Shown: positions 37,969 through 49,900 of the stretch, one piece after another
Layout: every line of letters starts with the position of its first letter
Position numbering within the stretch: the stretch's first letter is position 1
Origin: Lingula anatina
Lineage: Eukaryota > Animalia > Brachiopoda
Length of the DNA: 64,000 nucleotides
Direction: 5' to 3'
Assembly: GCA_051362555.1 (NCBI GenBank)
Contig: CM120641.1
Span: 49,303,316-49,367,315, forward strand
The notes under the pieces: generated by a model
What the model saw: the letters and a program-made list of their open reading frames with translations, nothing else
Database searches by the model: none
What the model was told of the DNA's origin: nothing
Program-made: the position numbers and the translations under genes

Positions 37969-39033
37969 TGCTTGTACCTTGTATGTGAAGGTGTTTATCA
38001 AGAAAGAATCCGTTGTAACAACATGATTTGCCCGCTGGGTTATGAGGTCGGATTCCATCTGTTCTGCCAAGGAATTCAAGTTAAAGTTCACAAACATTCC
38101 CAAGAGGCCTACGGCTAAGCATGTGTCGCTCCCAGAGCAACTTGGTGCGGTGGGGGCATCTGCATTTAATTCTGAGCAAAATTCCCGTTGGTGTAACATT
38201 TTTTGATAATGTTAGAGTAGTTTAATTTAGTCTGTTATCCTTAGCTACAAGCAGAGGCTATCAAGTCCAGGTATCACATGTCCAGCAGCTGAGCTGGAGT
38301 GCTTAACCCACTTTAAGTGCAAATGGTCATCAAAAGCTAATCAATCAATTGTCACAGATAGGCATTTTTGGGAGTAGAAGTAGTTCCACCCATTAGAGAA
38401 AAAATCCAACAATTTTACAAGTCAGAACAGATAATCTAATTTTATATTTATGAAAATCGTTTAGGCAGTGACACCAAGAAACCAAGGTAACAATATTTTA
38501 TATTTTAATGCAATTTTAAAGGTATATTTTAATGATAGAAGATTGTATCACCCTCAGTGCTTCGTTCCCTGAGCATGCCACATGGTTTAAACTAAACTTG
38601 CTTCTACAGATAAATGTTATGTACATTTCTACCTAATTTTCTTCTTAAAAAAGTGCACATGATTAATATCAAAGTTATATAATTATTATTTGTCACAGCA
38701 TTTTATAAAAAGTTAGTTAAAAAGCAGTTTTAATTAGTTTATCAGGTTTTAAGTAGTGTCATATTCATTTTCTTTTTAGATTGAAAATTATTGTTAGTAG
38801 AATTAAATGTCTGTTTGCTAAAGAACATATCTATTCTATAGGAAAACTTGAGATTACGTGCACAAGGGCAAAAGGGGCCAAAGTTGTTAGTGTTAAACTG
38901 TATTTACTTGTTTATTTAAGTTAGAGACATGTTATTAATAGTCCATTCTTTATGTTACAAATACTATATTAGAAATAATTTATTTTTTGATATATTTCGA
39001 TGTCACTACATTCATAGTGTGTCAAATGATTCA

Positions 39034-40827
39034 ACATACATTAAATAACTAAAAAGTACATACATAACAATGTTGCCTCCACGTATTCGCTAACTGTACA
39101 ATACCGGGCATGTTCAAATCATGACTATGTTTAATAAATTGAGCAGTGTCATGTTACAAGTTAAGTGTTATTGTTTACTTTGAGCCACTAGTAAATGTAT
39201 GCTGTGTGTACAAACTGTCACATTTAATATTTGTCTGAGTGCAGTCAGAACATGTGTTAGTTTAAGACAATGTAACAAGGTCAGAATATTGGTTAGACAT
39301 TTTATTTTTTCTTTGATTTTTGTTTAATTATTTTATTATTTCAGATTCACGATAATTTGGTATTAAAATACTCCGGTATTCTGATACTACCTCTCAGTGA
39401 ATAAAAGGTTCCATCATCTAGTTACATAATCTTGTTACGTCATCATCTCGTCAAATGCACGCAAACTCTACAGTTGGTGCCAAAACCTAACTGGCAGTCA
39501 GCTATAGAAACCTGAACCAGATCCAATACAGGGATATTCTGGAAAACAACTGCCTTATATTTGCTAAAAGGCACATGGTGAACACTTTTACATTACAAAA
39601 TGAAAATATCCGTCCAAGTAGAGCAACTGTATTTGCAGATAACTTGAAGCACCAAGAGTCTGAGCAGCTACCATCAAGATTGTAAGATCTGAAGCCTATG
39701 GGCAATCTGTGGGTAGCCAGTACTCGCCAATCAGCCAATCAACGGCCTACTGGTCCTACAATAAATCTGAACCAAATTGGACTAGCATCTGATAGCTATC
39801 TGGAATATTATTCCAGTTCGAACTCTAAGAAACCTGTCAGAAGGAATATCTTGCCGCTTCAAAGCCCTACTAGCAGCCAGACGAGGCCAGACGCACCACA
39901 GACTGTGACCGTACTTCACAAATGATAGTTTCGAAAATATGGAGATCGAAATAAGTCTTATCATGGTGTTTGTTTGACCAAGAATGAGCCATGCATTTTT
40001 GTTTGCTTAATTGGGTAAATTCAATTAAGGAACTGATGTCCCGATTACATTGGAAAGATTAAGATATTGAAACAAAAATCAAATCCTTGTTTTCATTATT
40101 AAGTCGGAAAAGTAGGAAAAATTAAAATAAAAAATGTTTGGAAAAAACATGCCATATTAAATGTCAAGTCTGTATAATAGGGTGGACTTGTATCACTATC
40201 GCACTTTATTCCTGTTACAGCTATGATAGCAATCTATCTCCGTGCATTAAGGCGTCCCCTCAATCTGTTTTAACATTGTAAAGTAAGCTAAAAATATAAT
40301 GAAATATCTGAAGGTTTGTCAACTCGCCTCATCTGAAAGGTTAGTATGCTAAGGTAGTGATATTTTTCCCTTGGTTTCATGTCCAAGCAACGGCCGTCTT
40401 TCCACTTTTTTCGCTTGGACAACGCAGGAAGGTAAGACATCAAGCGTCTGATATTCCAGATATACAAGATAGCAGTATTAAGGCAAAAGGCGCCTATGTT
40501 TTGGTATAAAGATTAAGTTAACAGCGCACTATCCGTGGCGCCTGTAGCGAATGACAACACAAATATTGAATGGAGGAATACATTAATTTTCATGCGTGTC
40601 TAGAGGCTAGATGATGGCGGTGAACTGAAATTATAAGTGAAATAAATAAAACAAATGAAAGTAAAAGAATAAACATAAATTTTAAAACTTTAACTCAATA
40701 CAAAAAATATCATGAAGAAATTACAATGCAACACATACATTAAATAACTAAAAAGTACATACATAACAATGTTGCCTCCACGTATTCGCTAACTGTACAA
40801 TACCGGGCATGTTCAAATCATGACTAT
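39034..40827. repeat. Pair of identical 95-bp direct repeats 1.7 kb apart (39034-39128 and 40733-40827)
   Basis: acatacattaaataactaaaaagtac...gttcaaatcatgactat occurs twice. Confidence 0.9.
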
Positions 40828-41296
40828 ACATGGTGACGTTTTCCACTGAACTGAACACCAATCATCCAACATATAGGAGGGCGCCACTCACACCAAGTAA
40901 ACAAGACAAACAAACAAACAAAAATAAATTAAATAGCTGACGACACTGACGGCAACAAAAAAAAAAAAAAACACTATTTTCTGTGTCGGTGTTCAGAATA
41001 AGCAAGCAGCGAACTACCCGGGGTGACTTTTTTCTGTGTCTTTGTGTTAAGATAAAGCAAAAATGTTAGAAGAAGATTAAATACAGACATGACTACTTTT
41101 CAGGTAATGATACAAATAAACTGTACACACCACGGAAGATCACACTCATTACTTCATAAAAGGTCTTAACATCCGGCATCACCAGACCTCTGATGACTGT
41201 TTTAAATGACATGAATAATTTCAACTACTCGTCTGCCATGCAATATCTGATAAACAAATCATCTTCTTCAAAAACGAATTATGGATATTCATATGC

Positions 41297-41533
41297 AAAA
41301 TTAGTACGATGATATCCCAAACTGTAGAAAATAAGGCACTAGGGCCTATAGTTCAATTTGTATATACTTGTATAAAATTAGTACGAAGATATCCCAAACT
41401 GTAGAAAATAAGGCACTAGGGCCTATAGTTCAATTTGTATATACTTGTATAAAATTAGTACGATGATATCCCAAACTGTAGAAAATAAGGCACTAGGGCC
41501 TATAGTTCAATTTGTATATACTTGTATAAAATT
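41297..41533. repeat. 77-bp tandem repeat x3
   Basis: ttagtacga...cactagggcctatagttc...tataaaa at 41301, 41378 and 41455. Confidence 0.93.
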
Positions 41534-41769
41534 ATATAAAGTTTTCACTCTCTTCATTTACTTCTTGTCGTACATGTAACTAGTATTGTTTTGTTCACGT
41601 CTTATTCATAACCTATCTGTTAGTTTTCCATCATAATTTTATCATAATAATTTCCAATTATAAACAATAAATATTTCAAACCACCAGCCTGCTTCTTTTC
41701 CCCCTCTTTTTATCTCTTATAGGTATACACTGGGAAGATATATATGTAATGAAACATTAATTAATCCTA

Positions 41770-42588
41770 ATAGCCGTCGAAATGATAGAAATGACTGACA
41801 TTAAAACAGCACGATTGTATTACCATTTTTCGCGTTCTCCAGTTTCCCGAGAAAACCATCCTCTTCTCCTACATGTATATCTTCAAGTGAACAACAGCCA
41901 GTGCTCAATAACAACGTCTTAGCAGCTATGACATTAAGTTATTGGATTTTCACTATATGTTATGTCTTTCTCTAGCTGTAGATAAAAAGATGATTTATCA
42001 TCTGAAGGCTTTTGTGTTAAACAGTCTGTTAGAATTTCAGAAAAGTGTTGCAAAAGGTAATAACTAGTATTTGCCTCCCAGGAAACCATTACAATCAATT
42101 TGTTAAAGAGACATGCTTGTCAGCAATGAAGCTTTGTTAATAGAACAAACAATTCTTATCAGTTTGTTTGTCTTCAGGAACCCCCTTTAAGGGCTAAGGA
42201 AAGTCATCATGAATTACAATATAAAGATGTCATCACATTATGAATAAATAATGTTTTGTTTACTGTAACTTATCAAAAAGTTTTTTTTTAGAAAACAATT
42301 TGTATTTCATTTTAGAATCGCCATAGGATGTGCTTGTTTGCATGAACATAGCGTGAATTATTAAGAAACATGTGGACTGAATCACATAGCGAAATCAATG
42401 TAAAACACTGGCGCTATATTTTGACATTTATCATGAGCAAAATTCATCAGAATCAAAACCTAAGGGTAAATGCTTAGGAATTAAATTTTAAGTTGAGGGT
42501 AAGGGTTTTTATGGTTTTGGGGTTAGAGTCAGAATAACGGTTTGGGATAGGGAAGGGCTTAAGATGATTGTTTCTCATTAACAATCTA

Positions 42589-42625
<37 letters not shown>

Positions 42626-43382
42626 TCATCAAATCCGATTAGCCGTCGATATGATAGAATAAATTGACATTAAAAACACCGCGATGGAATTAACGTTTTT
42701 ATAAATCTCCCCGTCTCCTGCAAATATACCTCTCCTGTATCTTAAAATGTATAACATACAGTACCAATGAACAATGTGTTAACACTTATGTACCTCCTCA
42801 TAGTATGTCTTCAAGTAAACAGCCAGAAGTCATGAACAATGCAACATTAAACTCCAATACCATATATAAAGGTATTGGAATCTCACTTTCTCTGTCTTTT
42901 TCAAGGTGTAGAACGGCAAAAATCAGTTTTATCACATGAAAGTTTTTGCGCGTTAAAGAATCTATTGGGATTTCAGAAAAAGATAGAAGGAGGAAACAAC
43001 TAATACCAACCCGAATACCTTGATGCTTTATTTCTTAAAGATAATTGATTGTCTTAGATAAATCATTGTTTGCAGAGAAAACACTTCTTACCAGGTTGTT
43101 TGTCGTCAGGACTCCCCTGAAGGGCTAAGGTAAGTCATCAATGGTTTACATTGTAAAGATGTTGCGGTTCTTTCATCACATTAAAATAAATGGCATATTG
43201 TTTGTAGCTTATCAAAATATTTTCTAGGAGACGTTTTGTAATTAATTTTACAATTGCTATAGGGTGTACATATTTGCATGGGCATGACATCAATTATTTA
43301 GAGACATGTGGTGCGAATCCCATAACAAAACCAATGTAAGCAGTGGTGCTACCTTTGCACATTTATCTTGAACAAAATTCAA
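41770..43382. repeat. Old diverged tandem duplication (~41770-42450 versus ~42640-43382) separated by (CA)n
   Basis: Colinear shared blocks: tagccgtcga.atgatagaa, tttcagaaaa, agggctaagg.aagtcatca, acatgtgg...gaatc, acatttatc.tga.caaaattca. Confidence 0.75.
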
Positions 43383-43979
43383 GTTTTATTTATTTTGTAT
43401 TTCAGGCCTTCAGTCCCTGCAGAGTACATATTTCAACACATTATCTTAGAGGATGAACACATATAGTAAAAGTAACAAAGGTATAAATATGAAAATAGAG
43501 ATATACATGGCGTCCACTTAGTCAGCGGTCTTGTTATAATTTTTCTTTTTTGTTACAATGATACAATTAACCTGCCAATCTTTTATTAAAGTCACTGTTT
43601 CTCGAAGAAATAGCATCTGTTATGGTCATTGTTTGTATGTCATTTTTGTACTGATTTCTTAAGTCTGTATATAAAGTACACTCTTGTAGGACATGAATCT
43701 CGTTTTTGACATAACTATATCATTTTGAAAAACATAAAGGATCAATAAGTGCATACATCATCATCAGCAGCAGGCAGTCCTCGTGGTGCCCATGTATTAA
43801 GGATTATTGGTACACTCCATGGACTAAGCCCCCTCCACTTCTTTCTTTCAACTGCCGTCCTTGTGGTCTCTATTTAATTTCTTCCTGTCCTTTTTTTGTG
43901 TGCAGGGGTGGATCCAGGAGTTCCAAGAGGGGGGTTCCTTTTTTATCCACCCCTCCAAAAAAAAAAAAAAAATAATAAA

Positions 43980-43984
43980 AAAAA

Positions 43985-44019
<35 letters not shown>

Positions 44020-44037
44020 ATACATAAATAAATAAAT
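43980..44037. repeat. (AAAT)n microsatellite after a poly(A) run
   Basis: Seen directly. Confidence 0.9.
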
Positions 44038-44574
44038 GTTAACACGTGAACAGAACGATATAAATATAGAATTAAATAAATTATAATTTAATATATACAT
44101 TAAAAAAATCATCAAATTACAGCGTAAGACCGTAATGTAAGCCTTATGACATTTGATCACGGTCATGTTTCTCAGTTTCAGAAACTTTGTTTCTAGGCAT
44201 GGATTGAGCTGAGTTTTGTCTGTAACAGTATAACTATCTAAAATCGAAATTGGGAGTGATTTAAGGGAGTGGTGTAAAGGCACATGAGTAAATTGTAAAA
44301 GGTGTTTCTACCGGGAGTGTCATGTAGCAGGAAGGAGGGAGGGGTGGTCGCGAATTCAGGCCTACCCAACTACCAGACTCCGCACCGAAACGAAAACAGG
44401 GGAAATGTCAGTAGCGCGTGAATGTTGATGAGATGCACTATTTTCCAACACTGCTCAGAATCAACGCTATCATACTGCGTACCAGGCAAGAAGGTGCCGT
44501 GTCTGATATATGTACATTCAGTAACAGTTATCTTTACACCACTGTACAAGAGGGTGCCGTGTCTGATATATGTA

Positions 44575-44776
44575 CATTCAGTAACAGACAGTTATCGTTA
44601 CACCATTGAACAACCAAGTTTACGTTGCTCTTGTACAAGGTCTCGTCATTATCACTTATTAAACCAATTAAAGCAGTGTCATCAGCAAACTTCACAATGC
44701 AATTACTTCCATGGGACGGATAAAAATCAAACGTGAACAATCTGTACAAACATGGTGACACAATCCTGAGGCGCAC
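44575..44776 (-). mobile_element. Degenerate LINE reverse transcriptase fragment (Rex1/CR1-group-like)
   Basis: Frameshifted APQ..VSPCLY, then IVKFADDTALIGLISDNDETLY...VQWCNDNCLLLNV, covering the RT catalytic [F/Y]ADD and the WC..N.L.LN motif. Confidence 0.85.
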
Positions 44777-46396
44777 ATGTATTAAAAAACACAGTATCAG
44801 AAATGCTTGTATCCACTTTCACTGCCTGATTTCTGTCTGATAAAAAAATCTAATATACAACTGCATAAAAATATAAGAAATTTCAGGTCATTAAAAAGCT
44901 TGAAATAAAGTTTTTTGTGGGATAATGGTGTTAAAAGCCGATCTGTAGCCTATGAATAAGATCCTTGCATTTGTGTTTTTCTTGTCCACGTGTTCTAAAA
45001 TGCTGTGTATGCACATACTGAGGGCGTCGTCCACGCTTCTATTGCGTCTTATGCTAATAATGTTTCACTCTCCATGGGTTTGTATTTAAAGTTCTCTTTC
45101 AGTCGTAAAATCTCTTGTCTAATCTTGGGTTGTTTATCTTACTGTAGCTATAAAAATAATATCACAGATACATGTATTCGTAAAAAGTCTCTATTTGCTC
45201 CATACACATTAATCATTAATAACAGATAATTTTTGATCTATGAGGAAATCAACTACCATTTAATCACTCGTGTTATCACATCACTTAAACTTTTACACTA
45301 AAAGTTGTTATTGAAACGTATGGCAGTACTCAGTACCTCTTGAGTACGATCTTACTAAGCTAATGAGGATTTGCCCCCCTCCCCAAAAATAAGATCTCAG
45401 TATTGTCTTTTGTCGTTTTCTGTAAGTTGAGTATCTTGAAGACAATATACTGAATTATATTATTGTTTCAAATAATTCAGTACGTCTCTTCTTTTATGTA
45501 ACACTCCCCCAGTCCCCTGCAGTTTAATCTAACAGTTGCAATACTCATAATGCACAGTCAAGTAAGCATTGTGAATAACGCTTGCGCTGGTGAAGTGGAC
45601 CGTATCAAATAGACAGTAACAAAAAGAATAAACATATTGGGTTAGGTTTTGCGAATTAATTGAATTTTGTGTCTATATTTTTAAAACTGCACTGCATCAT
45701 ATTGTACTGTAGTACTGCTAATCAATAAAAAGTACAAAATTGCCTTACAAAATACAGAAATACCTAACGATATTCCTTACAAATAAAAAATAGTCCTTAT
45801 AAAATAACTATATGAAATTAGTATAGAACTTACATAATTTTGGAGGCTTAGAGAAAGAAAACTGCGTTACACCCTCTGTCTGGTCTGAGTCTGATCTGAG
45901 TGTCTTTGTTCTGAGTGAAGATGAATGTGCCCCAGTCACATGAATGAGCATATTCAAACGATACACCTGAGTGGCATAGTGAGCAGTGATCAGATTAGGT
46001 AGCTTATTTACATGTGTATTCCAGCACGTTTGGGGTTCACTTCGCAGAAATAGAGTAATTATTTAACACTGCAACACTGAATCAATTATATAACTTCAAA
46101 AACTAATTATATTGTAACTAATAAAGATAACTTTTAACGACACATTTCTTTACAAAATTCAACTTAAGAAATATATTCATACTGTAATTTAACAGGAACT
46201 GATAAAGAAAGCAGCACTATAAAAGGCATTTTACATACTAATATCATCTATATATATATATAATGTTTCACTAGTAGTTAGAACAATTATGTATCCTGTT
46301 AGGAGTTAATGAACACAATTTTCTGACAGAGCTTTCAACCTCAATTTCTTTGCATTTGCCCCCTCCCAACAAAAAGTATCTCCACCATCATCACAC

Positions 46397-46423
46397 AAAA
46401 AAAAAAAAAAAAAAAAAAAAAAA
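46397..46423 (+). repeat. A27 tract immediately proximal to the telomere
   Basis: cac(A)27gcttagggtttcggatagagccaggtagggtttaggg. Confidence 0.9.
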
Positions 46424-46448
46424 GCTTAGGGTTTCGGATAGAGCCAGG

Positions 46449-46515
46449 TAGGGTTTAGGGTTAGGGTTTAGGGTTAGGTTTAGGGTTAGGGTTAGGGTTA
46501 GGGTTGGGGTTAGGG

Positions 46516-46587
<72 letters not shown>

Positions 46588-46894
46588 GGTTAGGGTTTAG
46601 GGTTTAGGTTAGGGTTTGGTTAGGGTTAGGGTTAGGGTTAGGGTTAGGGTTAGGGGTTAGGGTTAGGGTTAGGGTTAGGGTTAGGGTTAGGGTTAGGGGT
46701 TAGGGTTAGGGTTAGGGTTAGGGTTAGGGTTAGGGGTTAGGGTTAGGGTTAGGGTTAGGGTTAGGGTTAGGGTTAGGGTTAGGGTTAGGGTTAGGGGTTA
46801 GGGTTAGGGTTAGGGTTAGGGTTAGGGTTAGGGTTAGGGTTAGGGTTGGGGTTGGGGTTGGGGTTGGGGTTGGGGTTGGGGTTAGGGGTTAGGG

Positions 46895-46948
<54 letters not shown>

Positions 46949-49900
46949 GGTTAGGGTTAGGGTTAGGGTTAGGGTTAGGGTTAGGGTTAGGGTTTAGGGT
47001 TTAGGTTAGGGTTAGGGTTAGGGTTAGGGTTAGGGTTAGGGTTAGGGTTAGGGTTAGGGTTAGGGTTAGGGTTAGGGTTAGGGTTAGGGTTAGGGTTAGG
47101 GTTAGGGTTAGGGTTAGGGTTAGGGTTAGGGTTAGGGTTAGGGTTAGGGTTAGGGTTAGGGTTAGGGTTAGGGTTAGGGTTAGGGTTAGGGTTAGGGTTA
47201 GGGTTAGGGTTAGGGTTAGGGTTAGGGTTAGGGTTAGGGTTAGGGTTAGGGTTAGGGTTAGGGTTAGGGTTAGGGTTAGGGTTAGGGTTAGGGTTAGGGT
47301 TAGGGTTAGGGTTAGGGTTAGGGTTAGGGTTAGGGTTAGGGTTAGGGTTAGGGTTAGGGTTAGGGTTAGGGTTAGGGTTAGGGTTAGGGTTAGGGTTAGG
47401 GTTAGGGTTAGGGTTAGGGTTAGGGTTAGGGTTAGGGTTAGGGTTAGGGTTAGGGTTAGGGTTAGGGTTAGGGTTAGGGTTAGGGTTAGGGTTAGGGTTA
47501 GGGTTAGGGTTAGGGTTAGGGTTAGGGTTAGGGTTAGGGTTAGGGTTAGGGTTAGGGTTAGGGTTAGGGTTAGGGTTAGGGTTAGGGTTAGGGTTAGGGT
47601 TAGGGTTAGGGTTAGGGTTAGGGTTAGGGTTAGGGTTAGGGTTAGGGTTAGGGTTAGGGTTAGGGTTAGGGTTAGGGTTAGGGTTAGGGTTAGGGTTAGG
47701 GTTAGGGTTAGGGTTAGGGTTAGGGTTAGGGTTAGGGTTAGGGTTAGGGTTAGGGTTAGGGTTAGGGTTAGGGTTAGGGTTAGGGTTAGGGTTAGGGTTA
47801 GGGTTAGGGTTAGGGTTAGGGTTAGGGTTAGGGTTAGGGTTAGGGTTAGGGTTAGGGTTAGGGTTAGGGTTAGGGTTAGGGTTAGGGTTAGGGTTAGGGT
47901 TAGGGTTAGGGTTAGGGTTAGGGTTAGGGTTAGGGTTAGGGTTAGGGTTAGGGTTAGGGTTAGGGTTAGGGTTAGGGTTAGGGTTAGGGTTAGGGTTAGG
48001 GTTAGGGTTAGGGTTAGGGTTAGGGTTAGGGTTAGGGTTAGGGTTAGGGTTAGGGTTAGGGTTAGGGTTAGGGTTAGGGTTAGGGTTAGGGTTAGGGTTA
48101 GGGTTAGGGTTAGGGTTAGGGTTAGGGTTAGGGTTAGGGTTAGGGTTAGGGTTAGGGTTAGGGTTAGGGTTAGGGTTAGGGTTAGGGTTAGGGTTAGGGT
48201 TAGGGTTAGGGTTAGGGTTAGGGTTAGGGTTAGGGTTAGGGTTAGGGTTAGGGTTAGGGTTAGGGTTAGGGTTAGGGTTAGGGTTAGGGTTAGGGTTAGG
48301 GTTAGGGTTAGGGTTAGGGTTAGGGTTAGGGTTAGGGTTAGGGTTAGGGTTAGGGTTAGGGTTAGGGTTAGGGTTAGGGTTAGGGTTAGGGTTAGGGTTA
48401 GGGTTAGGGTTAGGGTTAGGGTTAGGGTTAGGGTTAGGGTTAGGGTTAGGGTTAGGGTTAGGGTTAGGGTTAGGGTTAGGGTTAGGGTTAGGGTTAGGGT
48501 TAGGGTTAGGGTTAGGGTTAGGGTTAGGGTTAGGGTTAGGGTTAGGGTTAGGGTTAGGGTTAGGGTTAGGGTTAGGGTTAGGGTTAGGGTTAGGGTTAGG
48601 GTTAGGGTTAGGGTTAGGGTTAGGGTTAGGGTTAGGGTTAGGGTTAGGGTTAGGGTTAGGGTTAGGGTTAGGGTTAGGGTTAGGGTTAGGGTTAGGGTTA
48701 GGGTTAGGGTTAGGGTTAGGGTTAGGGTTAGGGTTAGGGTTAGGGTTAGGGTTAGGGTTAGGGTTAGGGTTAGGGTTAGGGTTAGGGTTAGGGTTAGGGT
48801 TAGGGTTAGGGTTAGGGTTAGGGTTAGGGTTAGGGTTAGGGTTAGGGTTAGGGTTAGGGTTAGGGTTAGGGTTAGGGTTAGGGTTAGGGTTAGGGTTAGG
48901 GTTAGGGTTAGGGTTAGGGTTAGGGTTAGGGTTAGGGTTAGGGTTAGGGTTAGGGTTAGGGTTAGGGTTAGGGTTAGGGTTAGGGTTAGGGTTAGGGTTA
49001 GGGTTAGGGTTAGGGTTAGGGTTAGGGTTAGGGTTAGGGTTAGGGTTAGGGTTAGGGTTAGGGTTAGGGTTAGGGTTAGGGTTAGGGTTAGGGTTAGGGT
49101 TAGGGTTAGGGTTAGGGTTAGGGTTAGGGTTAGGGTTAGGGTTAGGGTTAGGGTTAGGGTTAGGGTTAGGGTTAGGGTTAGGGTTAGGGTTAGGGTTAGG
49201 GTTAGGGTTAGGGTTAGGGTTAGGGTTAGGGTTAGGGTTAGGGTTAGGGTTAGGGTTAGGGTTAGGGTTAGGGTTAGGGTTAGGGTTAGGGTTAGGGTTA
49301 GGGTTAGGGTTAGGGTTAGGGTTAGGGTTAGGGTTAGGGTTAGGGTTAGGGTTAGGGTTAGGGTTAGGGTTAGGGTTAGGGTTAGGGTTAGGGTTAGGGT
49401 TAGGGTTAGGGTTAGGGTTAGGGTTAGGGTTAGGGTTAGGGTTAGGGTTAGGGTTAGGGTTAGGGTTAGGGTTAGGGTTAGGGTTAGGGTTAGGGTTAGG
49501 GTTAGGGTTAGGGTTAGGGTTAGGGTTAGGGTTAGGGTTAGGGTTAGGGTTAGGGTTAGGGTTAGGGTTAGGGTTAGGGTTAGGGTTAGGGTTAGGGTTA
49601 GGGTTAGGGTTAGGGTTAGGGTTAGGGTTAGGGTTAGGGTTAGGGTTAGGGTTAGGGTTAGGGTTAGGGTTAGGGTTAGGGTTAGGGTTAGGGTTAGGGT
49701 TAGGGTTAGGGTTAGGGTTAGGGTTAGGGTTAGGGTTAGGGTTAGGGTTAGGGTTAGGGTTAGGGTTAGGGTTAGGGTTAGGGTTAGGGTTAGGGTTAGG
49801 GTTAGGGTTAGGGTTAGGGTTAGGGTTAGGGTTAGGGTTAGGGTTAGGGTTAGGGTTAGGGTTAGGGTTAGGGTTAGGGTTAGGGTTAGGGTTAGGGTTA

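Noticed and set aside
42490-42562. Degenerate telomere-like G-rich stretch as a former chromosome end
   Set aside because: Too short and degenerate, with no tandem TTAGGG units.
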